Made by a program: the position numbers and the translations under genes. The notes under the pieces were generated by a model. It did no database searches, had not been told where the DNA came from, and saw only the letters and a list, made by a program, of their open reading frames with translations. From Azolla caroliniana (taxonomy: Eukaryota > Plantae > Polypodiophyta), in NCBI GenBank assembly GCA_043228905.1, contig JBHGNT010000070.1, positions 62,001-126,000 on the forward strand: a DNA stretch of 64,000 nt, in the 5' to 3' direction. This document shows positions 47,642 through 62,000 of the stretch, piece by piece (position 1 is the first letter of the stretch; each line of letters begins with the position of its first letter).

Positions 47642-50600
47642 TGTTAGAAACAACAAAACAGTTTCAAAGCAACTACTTTTAGTTGTCACATTAACTCTAC
47701 ACCACATCTAGATTAGTTACTATTATTAACTATTATTGTTTTCCTTTTATTAGTAATTGTATTTTTAAACACATCCAACATTCCCTCCACTTTCTCTATT
47801 ATATAAAGAGGAAACCAGGAACGTTAGAGTGTGGTATTTTTATGCTCTAGTTGTTGTAGCAATTAACTCTTGTAGTTGTATTCCAGCTTGTTATCCCACC
47901 TTATTATCTATTACATAGCAATTTCAATTCTCCTCATTTTCTGTTCATGTATCTCTCATTTCCTTACATGGTATCAGAGCATTAGTAGTACGAAGCCTGA
48001 AAATATACCCCCCACTCCATACTCTACTTCTAAAAAAAAAAGAGAAAACGAGACAACAACCTTAGCATTATGGCAAGATCCACTCAAGCAAGAAAATACT
48101 TGGTAGATAAACTTAACGCAAAGAACTACAGATTTTGGAAACCAAGGATGGAGCTACTACTGGACTTGGAGGAGCTACTTGAAGTCACCACAAGAACCTA
48201 TCAAGCACCAAAAGGCACACAATCAGAAGCATGGAAAGAATGGAAAAACAAAGATAAACGGGCAAAACTTGAAATACTGCTACATGTAGAAGACAGGCAG
48301 GCTGATGCCATTCAAAAACTCACAACTGCGGCAAAAATGTGGTCCAAACAAAAACAAATGTTTGAACCACAAGATGGTACAACTAGAATCCATACTCTTG
48401 CTACCCTGTTTCACACGTGTGTTTTGCAGGAAGAAGAAGATCTTCTTGCCTTCTTGGATACCTGGGAGACATATCTCGAAGAAGCCACCACTGTCGGAAA
48501 TGAAATCTCAGAAGAAATGAAGATTGGGCTCTTATTGAGTAAACTTCCAAAATCTTGGAATACTTTTATTGTTATGAATAGTCAAGGTAACTCCTTATCT
48601 AATTTGATTACAAAAGTTCATCATGAAAATCTACGACGACAACTTAAAATTTCTACTCCATTAATGGCAATGACTGCTACAGGCATCAAACCACAAAAAT
48701 TGTCATATAACAATCGCTACAAGTCTAGATCTGACAATTACAAATACACTGGAAAGGGAAATGAATCACAGAGAACTTCATCAAAACATCCTGGTGGAGG
48801 CTTGAAACTAGTCTGCAAATATTGCAAAAGAGAAGGCCACACCGAGAGGGTATGTTGATTCAAGCAATATGCGGAAAATAAGAAACAACCACAAGCCAAC
48901 AATGTCATTTTAGAGAATAAATCTGATGATAAATCAGAATGCTATTCAGAATCAGGAGGTGATTACGATGACATGCTAGAAGAAGGAAACATTATTCAAG
49001 CATACCACGCCACTACAGAAGAATTGAAAATAGATTATGACACATGGTACCTGGATACTGGTGCCACACACCATCTCACATGTCGAAGAGATTGGCTAGA
49101 AGATTATCAAGTTCTCTCCAATCAGTTGCAGGTAATCTTTGGTGATAAAGGAAATAAATTTGCAATCGGTAAAGGTACAATTAAAATCAAACTTTCAAAA
49201 GATCATTAAATTAATGTTCATAATGTGTATTATGTGCCTGGATTGGCAAAACATCTATTATCAGTCGGACAAGCTACAATAGATGGACTTACAATTCAGT
49301 TTTGCAGAGATAAAGTAATTCTACAATTTCAAAATGGTAGCTCATTCATTCAAATGGTTTGTCCTAAAGAACAACATTTGTATCCAGTCCATAATCAATC
49401 AGCATATGCATTAGTTGCACCTGTGCAAACAAAGAAACAATTAGTGCACTCAGCTACATATTTATGGCATTGTCGTTTTGGTCACATGAATTTTTCAGCA
49501 CTTCAACAATGTCAACAACTAAAAAGAATGAAAGGACTACCAAAAAAAGGCCTCAAAGCTATTTCTATATGTGAAAGTTGCTTGTTCGGAAAGATGTCCC
49601 ATCAACCATTTGCCAAAAGCAAGAATGTTACAAAATTCCCACTTCAACTTGTTCATACAGACCTGTGTGGGCCATTTCCTGTATTGTCTCTCTCTAGAGC
49701 AAGGTATTTCATTTCATTTATTGATAATACTACCAGATTCACAGTAGTCAGCTTCTTAAAACATAAAAGTGAGGCATTTGCAACATTATGTAAATACAAA
49801 CAGCTTGCAAAAAATCAAACATCAAGAACAATTAAAAAGGTGAGAAGTGATAATGGTGGAGAATATGTATCCCAAGAATGGGAGAATTTTTTCGACAACA
49901 ATGGAATAATTCATCAAAAAACATTACCCTACACTCCACAACAGAATGGCATTGCTGAAAGAAAGAACAGAATGTTGTTAAATGTTGCCCGTAGTTTGCT
50001 CAAAACGGGACAAATGAAACAACAATTTTGGGAAGATGTAATCTCCACAGCCTGCTATCTGCAAAATAGGACTCCTCACATTGCATTACAAGGCCAAATT
50101 CCATTTACATTATGGTATGGTAACATACTTAATGTTTCCTATCTCAAAAATTTTGGTGCAGTAGCCTATGTATATGTAAATCCACATCACAGATCAAAGC
50201 TAGATGATAGATGCTTCAAAGGACGGATCATTGGGTATGTGGAGCAAAATGGTCTCAAAGCATACAAAATATTCAACCCGCAAACAGGTAAAACAGTTTA
50301 CAGTAGGTCAGTAAAATTTGATGAATTGTTCCTTTTACAGAGAAATGGAGAGACTATAACTAGTGAAGATGGAGAAGATCCCGCATGTCTACCACACTTG
50401 GTGGAAAACAGACCACGATAGTATTTACCCAAATGACTCGTCTCAGTTACATCTCCTGACGATGCAACAAAAGATTCTCCATCGCAGATGCACTCGGAAT
50501 CCCAACATCAAGGGACAACCATCGAGAACTCAAGCCCTCGTCTTTCATGTCCCAACAACCCTGCGACATGCTCTCAACTTGACGTGTTAAATATAATAAC

Positions 50601-52848
50601 CTCATCATCTCCATTAATGGTAGAGAGACAGTCTCATAGGTATCACATAACAGATGAGAGTAGAAATACTTATTGTCGCAGCCCGATCTCAACCGCTGCT
50701 TTCTATAGTCGTTGCAATGGCACCACAGCCTAGATGCTCGAAGGAAAACACACACAAAAATGATAGAATGACATAATTAGAGAGCAGAGCAAAAAGGGGA
50801 AAGCTAAACCTATGCAAGAACTGTACGAAACTACAACTACCATCGTCGGGTATTTTGAATCTGTCATTGACTCTGACATTTCAGCCTTTGCCACGTACGT
50901 CAAAGATGCAAGCATCGATTTTGCTCCTATTCTAACTCTAGAACAAGTTCTCCGAAGCAATGAAAAGGGAAGATGGCTACAAGCGGTACAAATTGAGGCA
51001 GATGCACCATACAAAAACAAGACATGGAGCCTTGTTCCAAAACCATCAAAATCAAACATTATTAGTTGTAAGTGGTTATTTACAAAAAACTTTGATCCTC
51101 AAGGCAATTCTGTTTGCTTCAAAGCCCGATTGGTAGCTAGAGGATCTCAAATTCTGGGGGTTGACTATCATGAGACTTTCTCTCCCACACTTAAACTCAC
51201 TTCTCTCTGTCTCATATATTGCCATTACTGCATATTTAAATTTAGAACTCCATCATGTTGACATCGAGTCAACTTTCCTACATGGAGATTTGAAGGAGGA
51301 TATCCATATGGAGCAGCCCCCAATACTTCAAGATAGTGCACATCCTGATTATGTATGCAAATTGCATAAACCTCTCTATGGCTTGAAGCAATCGCCGCGT
51401 CAATGGTATGCCAAACTCCATAACTTTCTCCTTCACAAAGGTTTTATGCAACTACAATCAGAACCAACATTGTAAATCCGCAAGCAGGATTCCAATTTCC
51501 TCTTATTATGAGTTTATGTGGATGACTTACCAATTGCTGGTACCTCCCGACATGACATTCTTCAAATTGTTAGGGAGTTACAAACTTCCTTTCCCACCAA
51601 GCACCTTGGAGAACTTGAATATTTTCTTGGTCTAGAAGTCAAGTGCAATCGCAATACGAGAATCCTCTCCATCTCCCAAAATAAATCAGTTGATGGTATT
51701 CTTCAAAAGTTTGATATGATGGATTGCTCCTCCATTGCTACTCCACTCACTATTCCTTGCCATCTATCTAGCTCTGACTCCCCCTCTACTACTGAAGAAG
51801 TTGCTTTTATGAAAAATATACCATATCACCAAATTCTTGGTAGTTTGCGGTACTTAGTGAGCTGCACCCACCATGATCTATCATTCTCCACAGGTTTTCT
51901 ATCATGTTTTATGGAGCATCCAGGTCCCCGTCATTGGGAAGCCTTGAAACGTGTCCTTTGATACTTGAAATACACACGTGATATGACCCTCTCTTACAAA
52001 GCTTTGCCCGTGTTCTCTAAAGGTGGAATGGTGGCTCCACTACATGGCTGGATAGATGCAGACTGGGGTTGTGACAAAGATACCTCACGATCTACATCCA
52101 GATATCTTTTCACATTCAGTGGTGGTGCCATCACTTGGAAGACAAAGAAACAATCTACGGTGGCATTGTCCTCCATTGAGGCTGAGTATATTGCTGCCAC
52201 CTTGGTCGCTAAAGAGGGGCTTTGGCTAAAATCCATTTTTTATGAACTCAACATTATCCACATTAATGAGTTCCATCTTTGGTGTGATAATAAGTCATGT
52301 ATTACGATAGCACGGAATCCAAAGATCACTGAACAGAACAAGCACATTCGGACCCGCTACCATTTTTTGTGTGAATTATTTGAGGATGGTACCATTCGCC
52401 TTGACTATACTCTTACCCTCCACATGTGGGCGGATTTCTTGACCAAACCAGTGCATGTTGTCAAACATTGGTCTTGTTGCCAACATGTTGGCCTCAAATG
52501 TGGTGCTAGAGTTACGGGAGGGTGATAGAAACAACCAAAAGGTTTCAGAGCAACTACTTTTAGTTGTCACATTAACTCTACACCACATCTAGATTACTTA
52601 CTATTATTAACTATTACTGTTTTCCTTTTATTAGTAATTGTATTTTTAAACACATCCAACGTTCCCTCCACTTTCTCTATTATATAAAGAGGAAATTAGG
52701 AACGTTAGAGTGTGGTATTTTTATGCTCTAGCTGCTGTAGCAATTAACTCTTGTAGTTGTATTCTAGCTTGTTATCCCACCTTATTATCTATTACATAAC
52801 AGTTTCAATTCTCCTCATTTTTGTTCATGTATCTCTCATTTCCTTACA
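47642..52848 (+). mobile_element. Full-length but inactivated Ty1/Copia (LTRs 47642-47968 and 52523-52848, TSD AGTGA)
   Basis: TG..CA LTRs differing by about 15 substitutions and 1 indel (hand count, ~95% identical). PBS TGGTATCAGAGC at 47969. gag CKYCKREGHTERVC, protease WYLDTGATHH, integrase LWHCRFGH..LVHTDLCGP..RSDNGGEY..PQQNGIAERKNR, RT LYGLKQSPRQW..YVDD, RNase H EAEY..CDN..ADFLTKP. Several stops and frameshifts. Confidence 0.97.
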
Positions 52849-52993
52849 AGTGAGAGGTTTGAGGGGTATTTTTGGGAATTTCAATTAGTAAAAGTATCTA
52901 CTATGAGTGAGAGGTTTGAGGTTTGCGGGGTATTTTAGGGAAATTCAATTAGTGTAAAAGTATCTGCTATGAGTGAGAGGTTAGAGGTTAGAG
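52849..52993. repeat. Continuation of the 47010 minisatellite
   Basis: Two more units of the same repeat. Confidence 0.93.
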
Positions 52994-53184
52994 TTCTACT
53001 CAGGACCCTGGGAGATCAAGTGGATGAATGAATGTGATGGTGGATATTATGAGAAAAACTTGAGTCAAGAGTTTAATACCAATTTCCCTCTCCATTTGAG
53101 CTTTCTTTTAGGAGGACGACACATGCACACACATTAGATGGGTATTTTAGGGGATATCCTAAACTTCACTTGTGGAATATGTAG

Positions 53185-54010
53185 GGGAATTTCTGGTAAA
53201 AATCCTTCCCTATATGTTCTATCTACCATGTATGTTCCTTGTTCGCACCTCTACTCTAGCTTATTCCTTGATGAAGTGGAGGAAGCAACAAAAAGGGCGC
53301 GAATTCGTCACGACAAGCAACAAAAAGGAATTTCCTGAACACAACTTATATAAGGAAGGGAGGGGGGAGGTTTCGGTGAAAGAATTTCTGGCAAAAATCC
53401 TCCCAATATGTTCTCTACCTTGATTTGCACCTTTATCTAGCCTCTTCCTTGACAAAGTGGAGGAAGCAAAGGGTTGCATGCATCACAATAAGAGATGTAA
53501 ATTTCATCAACAATTTGTTTTTGATATGTTTATTATAATTATAGATTGACACATACGTGATATTAGAGAATACAAAATGACCCCAAGAATATTACAAAAC
53601 CATTCGTTTTAAATTTACATAATAAAAATGATTTAATTTACTAAAAAAAGAATTAATTCACTAATAATGAATTAATTTACTAAAAATATTAAATGATTAA
53701 TTAGGGTTCCTAATTTCAGCCAAATTTAGGGTTTCAGGAATTAAAATATGAATTAATTCACTAATAATGAATCATTTTACTAAAAAATTAATTAATTCGT
53801 GAATAATTAAATAATTAGGGTTCTTAATTTCAACCAAATTTAGGGTTTCAGCAAAATCCTGAGTTTGGAGGCCGAGAACAATATGTACTTGTCATCAAGG
53901 GATGAAGGGGAGGCGAGGATGTAGGCCGAGAAGAATAAATATGATCGAAATTAGGGTTTTGACTAGAATTAGGGTTTTCAGCCGAAACCCTAATTTGGCG
54001 GCCGAGAACA
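53185..54010. repeat. Short local duplications (53185-53300/53381-53475; ~53645-53850 two units) and TAGGGTT telo-box cluster
   Basis: GAATTTCTGG.AAAAATCC..GTGGAGGAAGCAA twice. AATTAATTCACTAATAATGAAT..CCAAATTTAGGGTTTCAG twice. Several TAGGGTT/AACCCTA motifs. Confidence 0.75.
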
Positions 54011-55624
54011 TAATGCAAGGGGAGGCAAGGGTGTAAGCATCGCGAACAAGGTGCAAGGTGTTGACTATTCCATGTTGCTCGCTTACAGCAAGTAGCATTA
54101 AAAAAAATGATTTTGTTTTTCAAAAAAAGTTTTAAAAATAAACAAACGAATATTGTTACCTATATTTGTATTCGCATTCGTATGCATTCGTGAGGGAGGC
54201 CCCATGAATGCGAATATGTCAGTCTATGATTATAATACATATATATTTATCCATCTATCAATTAACTGTGTGTGTGAACATTTTGCTTTCATACATTTAT
54301 GTAGATTGTGTGGTGATATTTCTTCTCTCTTTTTTCATGTATGAATGGGAATCTCGTTTGATTGCTTTGCGAATGCAGATGCGCTTTGTACAAATTGTAA
54401 AAGAAAGAAAGACTTTTAACATACTTTAGATCGCTTGATTGTTTGATCCTCCTCGATATTTTATTTTTGGCGATTATCAAAGAATCATCATGATAAGTTT
54501 GCAAATAAAACAAGTGCTTGCTGATGTAAAAAAAGGATAGATAGGTTGAATGCAAGTGTCATGGCTATACAATCTTTAGGTGCACATTCTTTATTATATT
54601 GACAATGAATTTGCATAGTTGATAGATGTTGATATTTTTTAATTGTCATTAGAGGTCAAATATGACCTATGAGGCCAATGGGAATTCCTTTGCACAACAT
54701 GTGTAAGTTGAGTCTTGATTCTTAATGCTTGAGAATTTTGTTGATGAATTTGTGTATTGCGATTGTAAGAGGAATATATGGAGTGATACAACCAAATGGA
54801 CAATTCAAGTATAGCAAACTCAAATCTGACTAAAGGTGGAACATTGCAATGTGTATGATGTGTTTGACAAATAGAGTGCAATATTCAAACTTGTGAACTT
54901 TGTTACATGAAAAGTATGCATAATCGATGAGTCTTCTTGTATGTCACCTCCAACACCATGTTACATGTGAAAGGGAAAGTGAGTTGATTTGTAGGGTGGG
55001 GGGGAGGGGAGGGGAGGGGGAGAGAGAGGTTGCCATCGATCGAGAGAACTTTGTCAACCTTCTTGTAGCTTTTTCCGCAAGGAAGACATCAAGGAGTAGT
55101 TTGGGAGTTTTGAAATATACTAAGTGGTAATGCTAGGAGCTCGAAAGATACTAAGGTGCATATGGGAGAAGAGATTAAAGGGTGTTATTGTAAGGTATAG
55201 AGGAGTATCTTGGAAAGATACAGAGGAGGGGGTATATCTCGGAGTTTGGAACAATACTACAAAAGGGTAGTTTTGAGAGATAGTGAGGGGTATTCTCAAA
55301 GTTTTGAAGGATGCTAAAAGACAATTTTTGAAGAGATACAGAGGTGTATATTCGGGAGCTTGGAAGGATTGCAAGGGAAGAGAGGTATAAATTGGCAAAA
55401 ATTGGAAAGCTACATAGGGAGGGTTAATTTGGGCAAATTGGAGAGATACAGGGAAGGGATATATCAAGTCACATCCATCAATTTCTACCATAGAAAGGGA
55501 CCAACATATCTCCAACAATCTACACTATTGCCATTTGGCATATGTTGGTTTGAAGCATAAATGCATAGGAAGGAAACCAATTAAATTAATCTTTAAGAAA
55601 ATAAATTGGTAATTTTACATTTTC

Positions 55625-55963
55625 ATTCAATGTAAATTGGGCAAATTTGGAGAGTTACAGAGGGAGGGGTATTTTGGACAATTTCATTCCATGTAAATTG
55701 GGCAAAATTGGAAAGTTACAGAGGGAGGGGGTATTTTGGGCAAAATTGGAAAGATATAGAGGGAGGGGTATTTTGGGAAATTTTGGAAAGATATAGAGGG
55801 AGGTGTATTTTGGGAAATTTGGAATATATGTATTATATAGAGGGAGGGGTATTTTGGGAAATTTAGAATATATATAGAGGGAGGGGTATTTTGAGAAATT
55901 TTGGAAAACATGTCTTAGAATTTCCTTCTTGTTTTCTGAAGAAGGCGAAGAGGAAGGAGACGA

Positions 55964-56032
<69 letters not shown>
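55625..56032 (+). promoter_or_regulatory. UFL1 promoter/5' UTR: ~35-bp GAGGGAGGGGTATTTTGGGAAATTT repeats and a (GA)n tract
   Basis: About six AGAGGGAGGGGTATTTTG units at 55660-55900. (GA)n at 55966-56032 ends ~15 nt before the ATG. Confidence 0.6.
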
Positions 56033-56034
<2 letters not shown>

Positions 56035-56046
56035 TTTTTGGTCTCC

Positions 56047-59000
56047 ATGGATCCTGAGCTTCTGCAGCTGCAGAGGCTCTTCGAAGCGGCGCAGCAGGCC
56101 AAAGCAAGCACCAGGCTTTCGGAGCGCAACGTGGTTGAGCTGGTGACCAAATTGCAAGAGCTCCGATTGCTTGAATCCAACCTACTTCACACTGTTTCTG
56201 GGAAGGAATACCTCACACAGGTTTGATTTCCTTTTGCTTATTTATTTATCGTGTCTTGCTTATTTGGCATATACATGTTTTAGTGACTATGTATATGTAA
56301 TATCGTTTCATGCACATGTTTCAAATGCTTCTATATGTATGCGCATCCACATACTCACGTGTTGTATATATGTATGCATATGAAGGAATTTACTATGCAC
56401 ATTCATGTATGTACTATGAACGCATTGTGTACATCTATGCATGTGTGTGTGCGCTATGCACGTTCATTTATGCACACAGTGTTCATATCCATGGAATGGA
56501 CATATGTAATACATGCATCCATGTATGTCCCTTTTCTTTATGTCAATCTATACGTCTTCACATGTTTTTCGATGCATGCATGCACATAATACGTGTATCT
56601 GTGTATGAATTCATTTTTCATTTTTGTAGATTCATGTAAAACAAGTGCACCCATGTCGGATGCATTTGAAATAAATGCATACATAAGTGCACAGAGAAAG
56701 TGCATACATAATATTTTTCATCCATGGATTGCCGTGTTCTATCCAAATCTATACATATATATACATAACATGCGTGGCCATTTTTGCACTTCTTTTTATA
56801 GCTGCGAATAAAACAAGAGCATCCATAAAATTAGGTGCTGTTCATAGGTGCACTCACCTAATGTGCTCGTTTTTTATGTATCAATTCCAATATCCGCATA
56901 TCGTCATATTACGTGCATCCATGAATTAACATTCCGTGTGCATTCCTTTATGACTCGGGGTATATGCATTTATATTCAATATGCATGCTTTGTGAGTGTG
57001 GCTATATGCAGAGTAGTTTCACAATTTTAATTGTAAGTTTGATACTTTGTTTATTAATTATTATTTTCATTTTATAATTTAAAAGAAATTCTTTTTGATT
57101 TGGAGCATGCTTGATGATTCATCATAGTTTTTTTTTTTCCGTGGTTCAATTAATGATGATATCATACTTAGATTTCATGTTTAATGTTAGATCAAGACTT
57201 TTATCATGAGTCCTATGCTTTGAAATGAAAAAAAATGATCTCTTTTTTACTTTTAATAGGTTTAGATGGAAATGATTAATTCCCAAGGTCATATTATAGA
57301 TTTATAAACGAAAATCACGAAAACCTTTAACTTTAATGCAGGACCATTTGAGACATGAGATGGAATTGGAGATTAGAAGACTTGGGCGTGTTTCATTAAT
57401 TGAAGCTGCCAATGGGATTGGTGTTGATCTCTTTTATTGTGAGAGACAAGCGGAGTCTATCGTTGCTGCCCATACTGACCTAATGCTAGTGCAAGGAGAA
57501 GTAATTTCAACTGGATATTGGGATATGGTAGCTGAAGAAATTAATGAGAGTTTGCAGGAAGCAAGTCAAGTATCGTTAGCCGATCTTGCTGCACGTTTGA
57601 ATGTCGGTTCTGAGCTACTCACAACTATGCTGGAGCCACGGATGGGAAATCTTGTAAGAGGTTAAATTAAGTGTTGTAAAAGATCATCTTCTTTGTGCTA
57701 TTGCACTCCTCATTTTAAATGAAGCAATTGTGTCTATGAATGGAAAAATAGCACAGCCTGGGCTTGAATGTAGTAATGGTGGCGACTCCCTCAATCTAGT
57801 AGTGGACGTTGTTGAGTATGTGTATTGATAATAAAGATTTCCCCCTGGAGATATCTGAGATATGGGAATGTCGTCATGTTCCATAGCATAATTATAATTA
57901 GCATTATCATCATCATTGTCATTGTTGCCAGTATCTGTGCAATGTGATTGATTGTAGATGTATGGTGCTGGGTTTTAAATTTCTTCTTTTTCCAATCATG
58001 CCATCACAAATGGCCAAACTGAAGAGATCATTACCCTTTCCAAGTAAAGGATCCAAGCTTGAACATACCTACATTTTGTTGCTTTAAGAAAGATATGACT
58101 GTACCTTTGACAAACAGTCCCCACATCCCCAGATGTATTTAATTGAGCTATTGACAGTCTGGAAGACATTGAAGGCCTCCATGTATGTATGTATTATACT
58201 CTGGACATGTGCATCGAGGTAAGCATGGATGTGGCCAATCCAATAAGTATCTTGACCTAGAGGAACGATAAACTCCACAAGTGTAGTAAAAATTGCATGT
58301 CTCTCACATTCCAAATACTGAAATTGTAAATTTGGCAATAAAATATGCCAAATTTGGGTTAGCAAGTTTGATAGTGCATTTTATAGACCACAAAAGTATG
58401 CTTATTTTTTCTGAAAACTATTGTAAATTATTGTATATCTAAACTTGTCTAGGGGCCCTGTCATTACAGATTCATGGGAAATTGGAGGGAGGACAACTTT
58501 ATACACAAGCATATGTTACAAGGATAAAATCAATGATTCGGGGGGCAGTTAGAGCACTCATGGTTCCAACAAATCTTTCAAATGTTTGGGATGTTCTGCA
58601 GCAACAACTTATAGGGACAAATGGTGGTCCTGGGGTAATCATTGGTGAAGGAAAGTTATTTCAAAGTTTGTTCAATGGACTTCTGAAGGAGGGAGCTTTC
58701 TCTGGCACACTTCGTGGGGGTGGATCTGTTTGGATCCCTGCAGTAAGATTCTTGTACATTGTGTTGCTCCTTTTATGATGTACTTCGTGCATATTGAAAT
58801 CATGAATAGAATACATGAAGGGCTAAAGCTGCCTCTAGACATAGAAATATCAAATGGTTTACTTCTATATTTTGTATTTTGTTGAAACATTAGAAAGCAA
58901 ACAGCATCACTTAAATTTGGTTTTAAAAATGTAAGTTAATCACGTCTCCATATGGCCATGATGGTAGAATTCTCTATGCAGTTCATCCTAATCCCTTATA

Positions 59001-62000
59001 GTTAATCAACACCAAAGGACTCCCAGCTATGAATATGAACACCATGCTTGTTACACATTGTAATATTATGCCAGGATAGAAACATGACGCCATTTATTGT
59101 TACAAACTTGCAGGTATTTGAAAAAGCTCAACATGAAGGGGTCGAGTCTTTTTACTCACAGGTTTCTTTTTTATTTAGGGAAAAGTGCTAATATCTATGT
59201 GCTACGATAGATAAAGAAATATTCCTGGCATTAACCGTTACATTTGGACCTCAGAATTCATATGCAACTTATGATATGCTTCGAAGGTTTGCAATATCAC
59301 AACCTAAGCAGTTTCTTCAGGTAAGCCTATTTTGCAAAGTACTTGGAATGTATTCCTTGTGGCACTTTATATGATGGTGTGTAAATTTGCAGGAGAAGTA
59401 TGCAGATGGCATCGCATTGGATTCTGTATTTGTACATTCCTCTTTGGTTAACATGATAGATGCAGCTGTAGACGAGGCAATTGATGGTGGTGGATGGTAC
59501 AATAAATTGCCATATTGTTGGCCCTGCTTGTACAAAATACAAGATTGTAAGTAATGAAACTTTTGGTCTGTATGATCAGGATTGACTGTGTTGCACTGGT
59601 TCCATCAATGTTTTCATCATCTGATGTGGGTAAACTTGTATCCCTTTGCCCATGTGTTCAAAGGGCTGAAAAGGTAATTTTCTCTTTAAACAGTTTTAGG
59701 TTAAATCTCATTTCTTCATGCAATTTATATGCTTCTCCTTGCAGGAATCTAGAGCCATAATTCTCGCAGAGACCTGTGTGATAAGTGCTGGATTTCTGAA
59801 GGTAAGTTACTGTTTGTAAAGCCCCCAAGAATTTTACAATTGTTTCATTTATTTAAGTACCGGTATAGGGGAATACTACAGCAGGAATAATAGTCAATAT
59901 ACATTAAACTTGAAGTTTCTTTAATTCCACTCCTTATAGCATCGAAGTATAATATTCAGATAATTTGGAAGCAAATACATACTTAAATTGACACTGATTC
60001 ATTGCTACAATCCGTTCATGCAATGAAATAGATTACCAATCTAGTGCATTCCATTTCAAGAAATATTTCCTTTCTCATTTGAAATCTTAGCAAAATTGTA
60101 TACGAATAAAAGATAAGAGCTTTCACTTGTCATAAGCCTATTGATAGTGTCAAACATAACTAGGGATTCACTTTCCCTGGATTTTTTTAATTTCCCTATA
60201 GGACATATATCATCCAATATATGGGGTGATCTTCACATGGTGGATATGGTTGTCCAAACAGATTACTTCAGCTGTTTTGCTTGCATGACATGGATAACTA
60301 AGTATCTAAATTACTATGCATATCTGTCACTTGTAAACCCTCAACCTTATTACTTCTTGAAAGGTATGCAAGGATTTGTAAACACTGTCATCGCTATCAA
60401 TAGAATGTCCTTTGTTACGGAATTAATGGCTGAATCCACTCCCCAATGACCAGAATTTGAGGATTGAGCTACCTGAGTGAAAAGAAATATGATTTGTGGA
60501 AGAGGAATACAGACCTGCACTTCCAACATTCAAGCATCATTCTTTAGTGCAGGTTAAATTTTCTCTTCATGGAAGATTTCTTCAGGATCTTTGAAAATTC
60601 TCTCATCTTGAATCAGCATCTATGTTGCATTATTTAAATTCCTTTGCTCTTTCACATATCGGTGAAGGCTCTTCTCATTAGTCTTCAATATTAGTGTCTT
60701 AGAGTGATCTCACCAGATTTAATTTGATTTAGCTTTCACCTGTAGGTTGAAACTTAAAGTTTTAGTAAACACCACTAGGCTCAAATGCTTGGTGCCCTTG
60801 CACGAGGAGAGGAAGGGACGTAACATCTCCAAAAAACCAAAATTGTCTATGATGTTTGAGAAGTTATTGCAACTGAAAATATTGTATCTTCTACGAGAAA
60901 AATGAAAGAAATGATGTGTATCTGCCCAAGTAGTAAGCATGCTTACAAAATCATATTCTAAGATCAAGTATGTTGAATTGATGTATACTCCTAAGTTATG
61001 TTTTAGGGAAGAACTTTATGCTAGGCTAATCTTAGGTTTAGTGGTTCTTGGTATTGTCAAGGATTATCAAGGAGTGATCACTGTCATTCAGTATAATGGC
61101 AATCTTTGTTTTGCTATTAAAGCTAGAGTTCCTGTTAGAGTTATGATCTTATGTAAGCATATGATAAGGATATAAGATATAAGAAAAAAGAAACGCGAGA
61201 GAGAAAGAAGGGTGCCGATCCACCCAACCACCCCCGAGCGAAGGGATTGAGACGGACTCGAGCCTCGATCGGCATCCCATACCACCGCCGTGTCGTCGAG
61301 TCGTACCTGGTGCTGGCGCGCTCGCTACAAGAGTTGACCCACCACAAGAACAGAATCTCGACGTAGTCAAGAGATGATCAAATGAGGGTAGCTAGGCCTC
61401 ATATTTATAATGGCAATCTTTGTTTTGCTATTAAAGCTAGAGTTCCTGTTAGAGTTATGATCTTATGTAAGCATATGATAAGGATATAAGATATAAGAAA
61501 AAAGAAACGCGAGAGAGAAAGAAGGGTGCCGATCCACCCAACCACCCCCGAGCGAAGGGATTGAGACGGACTCGAGCCTCGATCGGCGTCCCATACCACC
61601 GCTGTGTCGTCGAGTCGTACCTGGTGCTGGCGCGCTCGCTACAAGAGTTGACCCACCACAAGAACAGAATCTCGACGTAGTCAAGAGATGATCAAATGAG
61701 GGTAGCTAGGCCTCATATTTATAGCGAGATCCAAGGCCCCCAGGCACGTTCACACTTGGCCTAATGGGTTGTCTCAATCCCGAGGATTAAAAGTGATCCT
61801 CCCCTTCTTTATACTCTCATTTAACCTTCACACTTATCCATGTGTATAGAATACTACGGTAAATTCTCACCACGGGATATTATATGGTCATGCGTGTAAC
61901 AGTTCCTGACCAACCAATCGAGATTATTCTCTAGTCATGTGGTTTGCGGATTACTGTCAGAGATGGAAGAACCATTTCTTCACATACCTGGATGTGGAGA

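Noticed and set aside
56230-57030. Several Cys/Met/Tyr-rich ORFs in UFL1 intron 1
   Set aside because: Low-complexity ATGC/ATAC-rich intron sequence. The UFL1 frame joins 56220 to 57342 directly.
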